Below are positions 1-14,231 of a stretch of DNA of 64,000 bases, piece after piece. Under the pieces are notes generated by a model. That model worked only from the letters and a program-made list of their open reading frames with translations. It was not told the DNA's origin and did not search any database. Position 1 is the stretch's first letter; each line of letters opens with the position of its first letter. The translations under genes were made by a program, and so were the position numbers. Origin of the DNA: Gracilinanus agilis (lineage: Eukaryota); contig NC_058135.1 in assembly GCF_016433145.1 (NCBI RefSeq), positions 276,390,426-276,454,425 on the forward strand. The letters run 5' to 3'.

Positions 1-1229
1 CCAAAAAAGAAAAAGAAAAGAATCAAAAGGAAAAGGAAAAGAAAAACAAATATTTTATAATAAATGTGCATCATATTTAAGCTGAATTAACTCTTTCAAT
101 GGTAGTACCTCATCACTGGTCCTGTAGAATCATGAATGGTCATATTCATCAGAATTCTTATAATATTCAAAGCATGGTGTTTTATTCAGTGCTGTAGACT
201 ATTCTTGTTTTTTAATTACATCTATTGGGGGATTGTGTAGATTCTTCTCTGTGTGTAATATTGATTAAACATTTAGAATCAGATAAATCTACAGAAATCA
301 TCACTGATTTCAAAGGCAACATCTTGGCAGCAACTTCCCAATGATAATGAATCATTTTAAAATAAAGTTCTTCTAACCCTCTGGATTTTAAAAATCCTTA
401 CAAGGATTGAGAAACCTATAAAATCTGTACCTAGCACTTAGTTATAAGAATTGTTTGGGCAATCAGCCTTAGTGGCTATTTCCCAGTTAAGCAAATGCCA
501 GTATTCTTCTTGATCACCTCAGTCCTATACTTCATCTCTGGGATTTCCCCAAGGACCACTAGCTTCAAGATAATGACTGCTTGTTTCAGATATGACAGAT
601 AGAAGTGAGATAGCTCAATTTTTAAAGATCAGACAATATAGCAGTTGTTTAAATATCATAAATGTTACAGAAACCAGGAGAAAAACACAAGTCCTATTCC
701 CATCATGTGAATATAACAATATAATTCAGAAGAAATCAGTTTTAAAAAACACAGTACTACCTCCCATTTTCATATGTTAAGATTCCAAATAATGGGATTC
801 CTTGGTATCCTTTCCTCCTTTAGTCCTAAATCTCATCATAAATTCCTGACTTCAATGAAACTATTCCTTTAGAGGTCACGAAAGAGTTCTTTATTGCTTT
901 AATGTACTGATACTTTTCTTAGTCTTATCCTGCTTTTCTTCTCTTTGTAGTCTTTGGCACAATTGATCATCCTCCCTCTCAGATATTCTCTGCTCTCTAT
1001 GATTTGGGTAACAAAGTTCTTTCTTATCTTTTTTTTCCTTTTGGTCTTTGTCATGGGCTTATTCTTCTTAGACTCCTTTAAAGAATTATCTCCCATATTC
1101 TAACCTCCTTATAAGTTCACCTGACCTATTCAAACTCCTTTTCTATTGTTCTGATTTGGTGATCTTGTCAGTTCCATTTGTTGCATCTATAATCTCTAAA
1201 GTCTACTTTTCCTACTTCATTTGGGCGAT

Positions 1230-1460
1230 GCATAGGCATCTTATACTCAACATGTCAAGAACATAGTTGATCTTTCCCCCTAAACATATTCCTCTGATTG
1301 CCACTGAGAACACCGTAACTTCCAAAATTAAAATTCATTTTCATCAATCCATATATCCAATTAGTTGCCAAGTCTTATTGAAGAGATTATGTTTTCTCAA
1401 TCATTTTCTGCAACTAACTGAATCTAATCCTTTTTCTCCTTTTACTCGGATATCCTAGTA
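1230..1460 (+). mobile_element. Decayed L2 LINE fragment
   Basis: ctcaacatgtc...atctttccccctaaac resembles the remembered L2 core motif ctcaacatgtccaaaac...atctttcccccaaacc; boundaries approximate. Confidence 0.4.
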
Positions 1461-1879
1461 ATTGATTAACCAGCATCTAAATTTAGGTAATCACCACTGA
1501 TATTAAGATATTATATTTATATTTAAAGTGCTTTATTCAGACAAGTATTGGAAGTCATCCAAAGTATTATGGGAAGTAATTTTTAAAAAACTATCACATA
1601 TTACTCTATGTCATTCACACTATGTTCTTGACCAATTATCTTACTTAGCAGTTTTCATCACTTGTCAGAGTTCATTTTTCATCCACTAAAAGTTCTCCCT
1701 ATTCACTTCTATATGTTTGAAATATTAGTTACCTTCAAGGATCAATTAAATTACAGAATCCTTAATTCAAGTCTAATATGATTAGTTGTTTCTTTTATAA
1801 TTATATTCTACTATAGTCCTAATGTTCTGAAACAAATGAACAAATTCTTTTGACCCTTTCGACCTTTAATTTTTTCCAT

Positions 1880-4800
1880 GTATTAATTTTTTTCAATATT
1901 TTCTGATTATGTGTAAATATTTTAATATTAAAATTTTAAAACTTTGTGTTCCAAATTCTCTTCTGCTTTCCCACCTTTTCCTCCAAATGAGGTGAGAATT
2001 TTGATTTTGATTAGCCATATAAAGTCATGCAAAATATATTTCCATATCTGTCATACAAATAAAAACATACACACATAATCCAGAAAAATAGAGAGAGTAA
2101 AACATATTCTTCATTTTATATTCAAAGTTATCAGTTTTATCTCTATAGATAGCATTTTTCATCATGGGTCTTTTGGAATTGTCTTTGATCATTGTCTTTA
2201 TCAGAGAAGCTAAGTCTTTCATAGTTGACAATCCTTAAAATATTGCTGTTTTGTGTAGAATATTCTCGTGCTTCTACTCACTTTACTTTGCTTGAGTTCA
2301 TATATAAGTCTTCCCAGGCTTTTCTGAAAACATTCTTTTCATCATTTCTTTCTTTTCTCTTTTTTCCTTCTTATTGCCATTTATTGTAGCACAAAAGTAT
2401 TTTTTAACTCTAGCTGAATTATAGGTTTTTTTTCTTTCTTTTTTTCTCCAGCTCTTTACCTTACTCCTTGTGTGCCTACTTGCTTTAAATGAGTTTCTTA
2501 TAGATAGCATATGTGTGATTCTGACTTTTAATCCACTGTGCTATCCTTTTATATTTTATGGGTGAGTTCAGCCCTTTTGCATTCAGAATCATGACTATTA
2601 ACTGTTTCCTCTTGTTTATCTTTATCTTCCTTTCCTTTCAGGCTTTTCCTATCCTCTATTCTTTTGTCTACCAACCCGGTCCAGTTCTCCTTTGCTTTTG
2701 TCTGTCCCTTACCTATTTTTTGTTGTTGTTTGATCTCATCTTCTTACTTCCTTATTGAATAAGATAGATTTCTATGCCTGAATGTGGATGTTATTCTCAA
2801 TTTATACTAATTTCAATGAGATTAAGATTCAAGCATTGCCTGTTATCCTCTCATTTTCACTTCTATTATATAATTTTATGCCTCTTCATCTGAAACAATT
2901 TACTCCCAACTCTCTCTCTTTTTCTTTTTTTCACAATATATTACTTTTTCATATCTCATGATTAAAAAATAATTGCCTATTACATTCAATTTGCTTCCTG
3001 GTTTCTGTCTATATGCGCTTCTATATATTGTCCTAATAGTGGTAAAGTTCTAGAGTATCTTCAGTACTTTAAACATCTTAAGTACTTTAGGTATCTTAGA
3101 TGCTTCATTTATCACAGATATTTTAAGCATCTTAATTATCACCTTCTTAGTAATATAATCATTTTAACACTATTGTTTTTGAAGAGTATCTTAAAGTATC
3201 TTCAATATTTAAGAATCGTAGTTATCATTTCCCCATGCAAAATATATAATCAATTTAACCTCTTATTTCCCTTGATTTAAACATATTAAGTCTTTTAGGT
3301 ATCTCTTGTAATAGAGAAATCTTAAATATATTAGTGCCACTTTTTAGTGAAGGGATCTGATTAGTTTAATCCCACTGATCCCTGGAGTTTTGTTGTTTTG
3401 TTTGTTTATTTGCTTGCCTGCTTTACTTTTTCTGATTGTTTTTAACATCAGACTGAATTATTGAATGTTTTTTTAGCTCTGCCTGTTTTTTCAGGAATAT
3501 CTGAAATTCCTCTATTTTATTAATTCTCCATTTTTCCCATAGAGTAGTATACTGAGTTTATGGAGTAGGTGATTTATGGTTATAGGCCTAGATCCCTCAC
3601 CTTTCAGTATATCATAACCCATTGTTGCTAATATATTAATGTAGAAACTTCTAGATTCTGTGTAAGCATGATTATGATTTCACATTTTTTTTTAATTTTA
3701 GGTAATTTTTTTTCAATTTCTATTTTCTCTTCTTATTCAGGAACATTAATTCAGTTTTCCCTGATAATGTATTTCAATATGGTATCCAGTTCTTTCTTTG
3801 ATGATGGGTTTCAGGCAATCTAATGATTCTTAAATTATCTCTTCTGGATCTTTTTTCCAAGTCACTTGTTTATTTTTCCAGTGAGAAATTTCAACTTTTC
3901 TTCTATTTGTTTATTCCTTTAAAAATTTTGTTATTGTTTCCTGCTATCTCATGAAGCTACTAGCTTCAATTTGTCCAGGTCTATTTTTTAGGCATGCATT
4001 TTCTTCTTTGAGGTTTTGTACTTTTTTAGAAAGTGATTATCGTGTTTCAGATATTGCACTCCCTTTCTTAGGAAACTGTTTTCTTCAGCAAATTTTTGTG
4101 CTAAGGTGTTATTTTTTCTTATTATTTTATTTCATAGTGCTTTCTCTAAGTTTTTTTGTATATATTTTGTGTCTCCATCCTTTTTGGATCTCTTCCAAGG
4201 GTTTATTTTGTACTTGATATCCTTTTACATTTTCCTTTGACGTTTTACTCATTTTAATTTTTTATTGCTGTCTTCTGAAACTATATTTTAATCATCTATC
4301 TTTCTGAGATATTTTAGCATCAAGATTTCTCTGTCTTTTGTTTATTTTGAGGCTACTTTTCCATTTATTTTGTCTTTATGCTGAAGTTTACCTCTGTTTT
4401 TCATGTGGAGATAATACTCTCCAAGACTTGTACTTTGCCTGGGATTTTTTTAGGTTTCTCAGCCCCAGATTGAGCACTTTACAGATTTGTCCTTAATGGT
4501 TTTCTGTGTGGAAGGCTGCAGTTCTTCAATTCAAATGTTTGGAGTTCGATTTTCACAATTCCACTGAGGCTGGACTTCATTAAGCTGACTATTTCCCACT
4601 CCTTCCTGTTCTGGATAAGTCTTTATCTCTGTTCCAGTTGGATTATGTAGGGCTCCTTTCCTTCCACTGTTCCTTGTTCTTTATTGCATTTATTTTTGCT
4701 TTTACCCTGCTCAGACTTTACCAAACCAGCTGTTCTCTTTCTCCTTTGTTTTTTAGCTATACTATATCTGAGTTCCACTGAATCTTGGTTAGTGCTCTCT

Positions 4801-4900
4801 CTTTAAACTCCATTGAGATGAGTCCTTCTTCCTGTGTCTCCATGTTGTTCTGGGCTGGAGCACTCTTTCACCCCTTCTTGGATTCTGTTGCTCTAATATT
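1880..4900 (-). mobile_element. Old antisense L1 remnants (3' UTR piece, ORF2 start, inter-ORF, ORF1)
   Basis: Reverse complement near 2500-2590 resembles the L1 endonuclease start (NVNGLNSP...IAQWIKSQ-like); T-rich plus strand; no long ORF; boundaries approximate. Confidence 0.55.
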
Positions 4901-5120
4901 CTTTTTGAGGAGGTTTTATTTTTTCTATTGTCATTTTATTGTCATTTGGAAATTATTTAGAAAAGCTCCAGAATAAAAGCACCTATAATCCTTCATACTA
5001 TTCTTATATTCAACCAGAAAAAAACTTCAGTCAGTGAGTAAGTGATCAGTAATATATATGAGTCCATAGACCTTCAGGTTGTATGCTGAACAATTGGGAT
5101 TTTCATTAAAAATAAACTTC

Positions 5121-5290
5121 AGGAGGCAGATAAGTGTCTCAGTAGATTGAGAGTCAGGCCAATTGATGAGAAATCCTGTGTTCAGATTTCACCTTAGAGA
5201 CTTTATAGCCTAGCCCTAACTACTTTCCTGCCTTGGAACCAATACACATTATTGTGTATTGTAAAAAATGGAAGGTAAGGGTTTAAAAAA
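5121..5290 (+). mobile_element. SINE1_Mdo-like SINE (internally deleted)
   Basis: Characteristic tail cctagccct...ctgccttggaaccaatacaca...ggaaggtaagggtttaaaaaaa and a tRNA-like head; points to an opossum genome. Confidence 0.75.
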
Positions 5291-5477
5291 ATAAATTAAA
5301 AACAAGTTTCATTAACACAATTTCATGTCTTATTAATGAAATGTTTTTATTATAATTTCCACAGAGATAAAATGACACATATATAATCATTTGTAAAATG
5401 TAAAGTGTTATTTAAATGATATCCAATTTATTATTAATAATAATAAAGTGTAGCTTTATAATTAAGGAAGTATCCTT

Positions 5478-5495
5478 CCTTTTTTTTTTCTTCAG
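5478..5495 (+). promoter_or_regulatory. Splice acceptor of the OR coding exon
   Basis: Polypyrimidine tract ending ttcttcag, 23 nt before the ATG at 5519. Confidence 0.6.
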
Positions 5496-5518
5496 GATAT
5501 TTTCTGTATCTGAAAGAA

Positions 5519-6469
5519 ATGGAAGGAGGAAATGAAACTTCACTGACCAAAATTACTGAATTTATTTTCATGGGTGTTACAGATAGCCCAGAACTACAAG
5601 TTCCTCTGTTTCTGGTTTTCCTTCTCATCTACACTGTCACAGTGGTGGCAAACCTTGGCATGGTCATCCTAACTAAGATTGATTCTCACCTGCAAACACC
5701 CATGTATTTTTTTCTCAGGCACCTGGCACTCATTGATCTTGGTTACTCCACAGCCATTGGACCAAAAATGTTGGTCAATTTTGTAGTGGAGAAAAATATA
5801 ATTTCCTACACTGGTTGTGCAATACAATTGTTTGTCTTTGTGACACTAATCATCAGTGAACTTTTTGTGCTGTCAGCCATGGCCTATGACCGTTATGTGG
5901 CTATTTGTAAGCCTCTGCTCTACACAATCATCATGTCAGACAAAGTATGCTGGGTTCTCGTGGCTATCCCCTATACCTATAGCATCTTTGTTTCCCTAAC
6001 GATTGCTATTAAGATTTTTAATTCATATTTTTGTGGATCTAATGTAATTAGACATTTCTACTGTGATAATCTCCCACTCTTGTCCATGATTTGTTCTAAT
6101 ACCAGTGACATAGAATTAATAATTTTGTCCCTTTCTGCTCTTAATCTTTTCTCCTCTCTTCTGGTTGTCCTTGTTTCATATGTGTTTATTCTCGTGGCCA
6201 TCCTCAAAATTAACTCTGCTGAGGGAAGGCTCAAAGCCTTCTCTACCTGTGGTTCTCACCTCACAGTTTTAGTTGTATTCTATGGGACTCTCACCTTCAT
6301 GTACTTGCAACCCAAATCTAGTCACTCCTTTGACACAGACAAGATGGCTTCAGTGTTTTATACCTTAGTGATTCCCATGCTCAACCCTTTGATTTACAGC
6401 TTGAGAAACAAAGAAGTGAAAGCTGCCTTACAAAGAACCCTGAAAAATAGACAAAAAATTTTTATTTGA
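5519..6469 (+). CDS. Olfactory receptor, family 8 subfamily K-like, intact, 316 aa
   Basis: N-glycosylation site NET, LQTPMYFFL, MAYDRYVAIC, KAFSTCGSHL, FDTDKMASVFYT, PMLNPLIYSLRN; closely resembles OR8K proteins; exact orthologue not assignable. Confidence 0.95.
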   Translation: MEGGNETSLTKITEFIFMGVTDSPELQVPLFLVFLLIYTVTVVANLGMVILTKIDSHLQTPMYFFLRHLALIDLGYSTAIGPKMLVNFVVEKNIISYTGCAIQLFVFVTLIISELFVLSAMAYDRYVAICKPLLYTIIMSDKVCWVLVAIPYTYSIFVSLTIAIKIFNSYFCGSNVIRHFYCDNLPLLSMICSNTSDIELIILSLSALNLFSSLLVVLVSYVFILVAILKINSAEGRLKAFSTCGSHLTVLVVFYGTLTFMYLQPKSSHSFDTDKMASVFYTLVIPMLNPLIYSLRNKEVKAALQRTLKNRQKIFI

Positions 6470-6849
6470 TGTTCAATAAGCCAAATGTTTTTAATTGGTC
6501 ATGAAAAGTTTTAAAACATTTTCCTTTTTTTCTTACTTAACGTAAGTTCAATTCTTATTTCCTTTATTGAAAGCCTCATTCAACTGCTACCCTAGATTCC
6601 CTTCAGCCAAAGAGAACATAATTGCTCTCATCTATAGTTTCTGAGTTTGGGATAGATGTCAGGACATCATCTTTTTAAGGGACTTAGGGAAACATCTTTG
6701 CTCCTTCATACCTATTCCAGTAAAACAGTGAAGTCCCAACAAATCTAAATGATGATTTAGAAATTAAACTAGAAAATGCAATAACTTCTTCCACCCATGA
6801 ACAACATTAAAAAGTCAAGCAGAAGTCTTTAACCTAGTGATCTCCAGTT

Positions 6850-8010
6850 CAGTCAGTCAGAGGCAGAACATATAAAGCCAGGGAGATAATGTTCAAAGGC
6901 CAGGAAAAAAAAAGTTTCTCTGAGAAATCTCTCAGAAAGTAAGAATGCAAGATGCATTTGAAGTCCTATGGAATTGAAACTGGCATCCAGTTGCAATATC
7001 AACCAATATGGTGTCACAATAATCTGATACTGACATCCAAGACCAGGGACTCTAACATTCACTTGGTTCTGACATACACAGAGAGGCCTGAAGATCTGGA
7101 TCTCTAAACCAATAGCACCTGGAATTTAGAGGTAATATCAAGAACCCAGAGGACTTCTCAACCAAAATTGAAGTAGCAGAAGATTGGACCTTACACAAAG
7201 CACCAGGGAAGCAATTGACACTGGAAAGATGAATATTTTTAAACATATATATAAAAAACTCAACTGCGGTAGAGACTGGGGGAAATGAATTTTTCACAAA
7301 GACTAAAAATACCTAGAAAAATGAACTGAGGCTAAAAATGAAATAAAATTCTTTGGAAGAAAAATTAGGAAAATGGCTAATTTAGAAAAGTAGGTGATAA
7401 ACTGTATCCCAAAAAATAGATTCCATGAAAACAGTCAGAAATCAGTAATTATATGAGGCAGCAGAAAATAATTAGAACAAAATCAATAATGTGAAATAGA
7501 ATTAAAAAAATAATTTGTAATAAAAAAAACTGACCAGAAAAAATTAATTTAAGAATCATATCTTTTAGGGAATCTAATGATTCATAAATTAGATCTCCTT
7601 AATACTATGTTTTATTAAATTAAAATGAAAACTGAACATATAATTTAAAATAGCGGGGCAAAGTAAATATTAACTTCACTCTCCTGATACTTCCTAAAAG
7701 GAGCATTGAGAAGAAAAGTATAAGGAATATCACAAAGAAAATCCAGGACTTTCCTGTTGAAGGAAAAATACTTCAAGTATGCAGAAAGAAGTAATCCCTC
7801 AAAAATACACTCAACAAATTCCCTTTAAAAAAAGAGACCTTGGAATACAATATTCTGAAAGACAAATATATGTGTTTACGGCCTACAACAGTTTACCTGG
7901 AAAATTAACTTAATCCTATTCAGAGGGAATTAAACATTTAGTGTAAAAAAATTTTAAAAGATTCCTTATGAAAAGACCAGAACTGAGTAGGAAATTTAAA
8001 TAAAAATATA
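6850..8010 (+). mobile_element. Old L1 5'UTR/ORF1 remnant
   Basis: A-rich plus strand with decayed ORF1-like motifs (acaatattctgaaagac...; gaaaagaccagaactgagtaggaaattt) also seen in the ORF1 at 62170-63203. Confidence 0.5.
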
Positions 8011-8667
8011 TGAATGAATTCAATGACAAGTATTTATTTTAGTTGATTGAATTTTTCTCCAAATTACAGATACAATTATTAATATTCACATTCTAACATT
8101 TTTCAATCCATGTTCTTTTCTTCTCCCACTTCTCCACCTTCCCCAATAGGTTGTACATGTATTATCAAACAAAACGTATCTCTATGTTTGTCAAATTGTG
8201 AAACATATATTGCTTATGCTAGAGAAAAACTCATGGAGGAAATAAAGTTAAGAATGTTATATATCAATCTTCATTTAGACTCTGTCTGGTCTTTTTATGG
8301 TAGTGGATAGTATTTTTTTAAAATCATAAGTCCCTTAGAATTTTCTTAGATCCTTGCATTACTGATACTAGTTAATTTATATTCAGTTTATTATCATACT
8401 GTATTGCTATTACTATTATTAAAATAAAAGCTTGATAAATGTCAGTTGATCTTTCTGCAAATGTGTATTTCCAAATTCTCTGATTGAACTAAACATTGTT
8501 ATGCAAATGGATATTGGGGGTTACCAAAATTAGAGTCTATGTATCTCACTTTCAGAACGATATGATTATTAAAGTGTTGGCACATTCTTCACAGTAATTG
8601 ATGCTCTCAAATATGGCTTTGGAAACCACTTTAAAAAGAGCCAATTACAAAATTTGGACATTGATGC

Positions 8668-9435
8668 ATTCTGGTGGAGTTGTGAATTGATCCAACCATT
8701 CTGGATGGCAATTTTGAACTATGTCCAAAGAGTGCTAAAAGATTGCGTGCCCTTTGATCCAACAATACCACTGCTAGGTTTATACCCCAAAGAGATCATA
8801 GGGAAAAAAGCTTGTACAAAAATATTCATAGCTGTGTTCTTTGTGGTGGCAAAAAACTGGAAAACAAGGGTATGCCCTTCAATTGGAGAATGGCTGAACA
8901 AATTATGGTATATGTTGTTGATGGAATACTATTGTGCTCAAAGGAATAATGAACTGGATGAATTCCATGTGAACTGAAATGACCTCCAGGAATTGAGGCA
9001 GAGTGAAAAAGCAGAACCAGGAGAATATTATACACAGAGTCTGATATACTGTGGTAAAACTGAATGTAATGGACATCTCTACTAGCAACAATGCAATGAT
9101 CCAGGACAACTTTGAGGGACTTATGAGAAAGAAGGGTATTCACATTCAGAGGAAAAACTATGGCTGTAGAAACACAGAAGAAAAACAACTGCCTGATAAC
9201 ATGGATTGATGGGGATATGACTGGGTATATTGATTCTAAACAAGCACCCTAGTGCAAATATCAATAATACGGAAATAGGTCTTGATCAATGGCACATGTA
9301 AAACCCATTGGAATTGTGTATTGGCTATAGGAGGGGGTGAGGGGAGGGGAGGGATAGAACATGAATCCTGTAACCATGGAAAAGTATTCTAAATTAATTA
9401 AATTAAAATTTCAAAAATTAAAATTAAAAAAAAAC
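8668..9435 (+). mobile_element. 5'-truncated L1, ORF2 C-terminus plus 3'UTR and A tail
   Basis: ORF 8654-8977 ...FDPTIPLLGLYPKE...CPSIGEWLNKLWY...MEYY is the L1 ORF2 C-terminus; G-rich 3'UTR and A-rich tail. Confidence 0.9.
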
Positions 9436-9837
9436 AGGAAGAAAGAAATAGAGCCAGTTATCTATGTACAAGATCAGACAGTAATATTTTTATATATAAA
9501 AGGGTTGACTTACTCAAACTATCTTTCCAATCTTTAGGACTAATGTTTAGATGAACTAGTACCATTAACTTTCCTGGGTCTGTCATTATGATACTGGGCT
9601 GACTATGTTGTTTTTCATTTTCATAGAACCATGACACTGAAGATGTGAACTCAGATATGAGGTCTATATCTTGTTTGATCAATGGTTTTAATAGAAAAAC
9701 TTTAACATGTCTAGGGTATTCTCTTATTTCTTTTAAATGCCTAACCCAATTAGATTCTATTCCATACCAGAGATATTCTCATATTATTCAAGGTTTTTTA
9801 ATCTAATGCACAATGTATATATAACTACCTATCCATT

Positions 9838-10128
9838 GTGTTATTGGAAGTTTTGGGGTCCTTGAACTGCATTTATCATGAGCCCATTGGCTTACTGTCA
9901 TTACATGATGATGTAGACAGAAGGGCAAAATTGAGTGGCTGGCATTCTTCTTCCTCTTTGTGCTCTTTGCTCTTTATCCACCATGGAGGTGGCAGGCAAA
10001 GGTGGGCTGCTTAAACAGCTTAAGCTAGCATGACACATGGCTTCATTTTCTATCGGCTACTAATAAATCTTTTAAAACCCATAATAATTTTAAAGTTCTC
10101 CTTTTATATTAATTTTATTTCTTACACC
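9838..10128 (+). mobile_element. Possible solo LTR
   Basis: Starts TG, ends CA, internal aataaa, higher GC than flanks; no TSD confirmed. Confidence 0.35.
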
Positions 10129-11649
10129 ATATTTAGTAGTTCTGGGGCAAGGACTGAAATGTTAAATGTATTCATTAATTTTAGATTAATGTCATTCCAT
10201 CATTATAAAAAAGTCAAGACAATATGGAGTCTATATAGATTGAGGAAAAATTTCTGACTTGATAGTATGTACAACACCTAAATAATAAGATAGATTTTTC
10301 CAAACCTGCTAGTTTTGGTAAATTACAACCATATCTAGGAACTCAATGACTCCTTAAAAAATATAATACTTGAGTTTTTTGTAAAGAACACTCAGACTCT
10401 TCATAGATGACACCTCATCTCCTCAAAATCTTATAGATATTTAATGACTGGTGCTTTACTGTGGAGAAATTCAGGAAGAAATTTTGGGAACAAATGGGAG
10501 TTTGAAAATTATAGTTTATATAGGAGGACATGTTCAATGTTGAAAAGAGATGCAAAATAATATTATTCTAATGTTGGAACTGAAGCATATGAAAGGATCA
10601 ATTATCTGGGATGTAAGAGATACAGCAGCCAGGATACTGTGCTAGCATGCTTTTCTGGAACTGAGTCTGATATGGGAACTCAAGACTTGGAATAATAAGA
10701 ATGGTGCAGTACCAAAATTTGAGATTCATCTGTGATTTTTTGGCAGAAGGACAAAGGAGATAATATACACAGAAATTTTTATTAGAGACCAGAGGGGCCA
10801 ATATCATCCCTGGGATGAGATACAGCACAGAGTTGATAGTGAGTCATCTTTGGTCAGTTTCTAATTAAGAAGGTATAATAGGCATCACTCAAACACACGT
10901 CTATGACAAATTAGAATATGAAACAAAATTATCAAGAATAAAATTAAAGATGTAAGTTAGAAGAGAAGAAATTAAAATTTTAAATTAAAGTTCAATGGTA
11001 AATATGGACAGAAGAAATTAATACTTATAAAATATCTTTAAATTCACTAAAATGGATAAAACTTAATACAAACAATTAATCCATTTTCAATCAAATATAG
11101 ACACCAGTAAAAGTTTGTATGAGAGAAAAAATTACTAGCCTTTGTGTCTCTTTTTTTTTTCCAATATAGGTATCAGTATTGTCCTGCAATCAAGCTAGGT
11201 TTAGAGGATCATGGCATATTTCAGGAAGTAAACATCAGTCATGTAGATATAGCTATAACATAGGCCTCATTTTATTGCAGAGTTGATTATAGTCTTTAAT
11301 GTTTGTATCTTTACTTGTGACTTGAGAGTGGTGAACAGGAGGATCTCCCAATCCCCTGAGAATATTATCAGCAGTACAAAGGAGGAGAAGAGTATCTAGT
11401 GTATAAATGATTCATCAGTTTTCTAGATTCAAAGTCATGAAGATCATTCACTACTGATTAATGAATAAAAATAAAATCATTAAAATAATACATAAACTAT
11501 AATAACGAAGAACTGAATTTGAAACCCCACTGTTTCAAATAAAGCAGATGAAGTTAATTACTTGGTGATGAATTCCTTTTATGAAAAAAAAACTGGCAAA
11601 ATTACAAAGTAGTTTGGTAGAAATAAGGTGAAGACTAGGGTGTTATATA

Positions 11650-11880
11650 GGGGCATTTAGATGACATAATGGATAAAGCATGAGATTTGCTGCCACAAAG
11701 ACCTGAATTCAAATAAATCTTCAAATACTTACTAGCAGTGCCTCCAGGAACAAGTCATCCTCTTCCTCAGTTTCCTCATGTGTAAAATATAGATAATTAT
11801 AACACCTACCTCCTAGGATTGTTGTAAGATTAAATCAGAAAATATTTGTAAAGAGTTTATCGCAGTGCCTATTAGAAAAT
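11650..11880 (+). mobile_element. MIR-type CORE SINE
   Basis: cctcagtttcctcatgtgtaaaat...cctacctcctaggattgttgtaagattaaat is the MIR core. Confidence 0.75.
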
Positions 11881-11977
11881 GCCCTATTCACAATTTTACA
11901 CATCATTATCATATTATGTGAAAATTTAACACTAGCTTGTAGACCTTTTTTTTTGGTACCCTAAGATCAGCGTTGGA

Positions 11978-12429
11978 TGTTAAAGGGGAGGTTAGACTCT
12001 AAATTGGATTGGATTGGATTGATCTTAATTGGTTTATGCTATAACCTGCCTTACCCTCTGATTGAATCAAGACAGTTGGGGAGGAGACATGCAAAGGGAT
12101 GATGGATGTCTCCTGACTGAATTCTGGAAGATCTGTCTCTAGTTCAGAGTGAGATTGGAGGCCATCAATCAGAGGGACTTGGCAAAAGGGATATCACTCA
12201 TATAAATTTGGGTCCAGATGGGAAATTGGGTTTTTTTTGGCTAGGAACTGATGGTGATAAAGTTTTTGTGGACATAGCTCCTGAGCTAAGAGAAGAGTTG
12301 AGAAAGGAATGGCCAGACACATGTAGTCAGAAGCCTTTTTCTTTCTCTGACTAGTTTTTAAAATTATTTAAGAAAGGTGTATTTTAGATTAAATTCATAT
12401 AAAATCTCCAAAACATTTTAATATTAACA
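11978..12429 (+). mobile_element. Possible solo LTR
   Basis: tgttaaa...ttaaca termini, catataaat TATA-like box; no TSD found. Confidence 0.35.
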
Positions 12430-12860
12430 GTTCTGTTCCATAGGAAATGCAAAATGGTTTTTGAGCCTAAATATAAAAAGTCATATCATTATACACAAAC
12501 AGAAGAAAACAAGATCAGTTACTTACAACAAGTAAATCTGTCAACCAAGTAATTGATAACAAGTAAACATCTTGTCATATATACTGTGACAGGCACTTGG
12601 CATACAAAGGCAAGAATGAGAAAAATAAAGAAATACAGAAAGGAATGAGTATAGATCATTCAGTGCAGGTGTTCATGTGTGCCACAGCTAGGACTTGAGA
12701 ATGGAACAGCATGATTCAAAGGCCAGTCTTCCATTCATTATATAATAGTCATTATATAACTGTCTTTTGATCCCAATCATAGGTGCCAAATAACTGGGTT
12801 GGAGAAAGGATAATATTTTTCTGTGCAAACTACAAGTCCCTTAACTAGGATTCAACAAAG

Positions 12861-13375
12861 ATGGGCACACTAGACACTCCCAGTGAATGTGTATGGATGG
12901 TAATGACATTACTAGACTGAATACCTGATGGTGTTACAAGACTGATCACTGATCACTTTGAAAAGTTTGCATTTTGTATTAATAAAATTCTTTCATGGGC
13001 ACAGTGGATATACTTTGAAACAATTTGTGGTTATTGATAAGGTAAATGATTTGAAAATTGGAAAATAAATGATTCTTACTATTGAAAGGGCCAGCGATCT
13101 GCATTTTGTTATCTTTATGGGAAACTATTGGGCATCTGTCTTTTGGTGAGTGTTAATTCACTGGTAAGACTTACAAGGAGGAAGAGTGTTGTTAAATAAA
13201 GTTCTATGCAGAATTGCAGACCATGTTTGGCAACCATTCTGATTATTATAAATATGTAAAGCTTTCTAATATCGTAAGTCAAAACATACAATTACTGTTG
13301 CTATTATGAGTTTTTTAATCAGCCCTCAGGGAAATGATGCTTCAATGCATATGGGAACATTTATCTGGAAATAAG
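12861..13375 (+). promoter_or_regulatory. Conserved upstream block: putative promoter and first non-coding exon of the OR at 19924
   Basis: Homologous to 25473-27295, about 42290-42630 and about 57540-57860, each upstream of an OR paralogue; donor motifs GTGAGT 13146 and GTAAGA 13164. Confidence 0.55.
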
Positions 13376-14231
13376 CTTTATTTTTAGCAGAATAGAAAGG
13401 TTTACTATTCTTATTTGAAATATTATTTCTTAAAAATAATTACTCAGAATCAATGTGAAATGTAAGTAAACTCCACCAAACTTCTGTTATAATTATTATC
13501 ATTTGAGGGAAAAAAAATCAAAACTTAGAATGAAACTAATGCTCTTACAGGACTTTTTTTTTGTTTTTAATTTCTCTTCCCTCCCATTTTTTTCTCTCCC
13601 CTTTAATGTATGTCCTCTTTTGCTTAACAAATTCTTCAAATTCAATATTTCTCAATGGCCCTTTATTAAGCAACTGATATGTACCAGTCTAAATTTTATT
13701 AGTTCTTTTATAAAACCCATGACATATTACATTCATAATCCACAAAAAATCTCCAGGGTTTTTTGTTTGTTTATTTTACAAAAGAATACCTAAAATAAAT
13801 CTTTCCTATACTGTTGTGAAGCTTAAAACAATGAAATATTTTACTTTGCATTTGTCTCACTTAGATTTCTTCATATTTTTCATTTCTTCATAATGTATAT
13901 CAGATTTAAAAATAAGTTCTTGGCTTCTATGGAAAAAGTGGCCTACAGACAAGACCACCTCAAAGGATTTACTCACTGACTAAGAAACTGAATGTTTAAT
14001 ACATATAATTTTTATTTTGTTTTGAATTTTCACTTGCTGGAAATTCTTCCAGTTTCTTCCAATTTCCATCCCAAAAACATGTGATTCTACATTTGTCCAT
14101 GTGATAGGCTCTTTTATGGTTTTCTTAAGTCAAAAAAATCTTTCAATAATTATTTAATAAGAAACTGCTATGGCACCAAATTTCAGTTAAGTATCACAAA
14201 AGAGAATCTCCTTCCTTAAGATGATAACTGT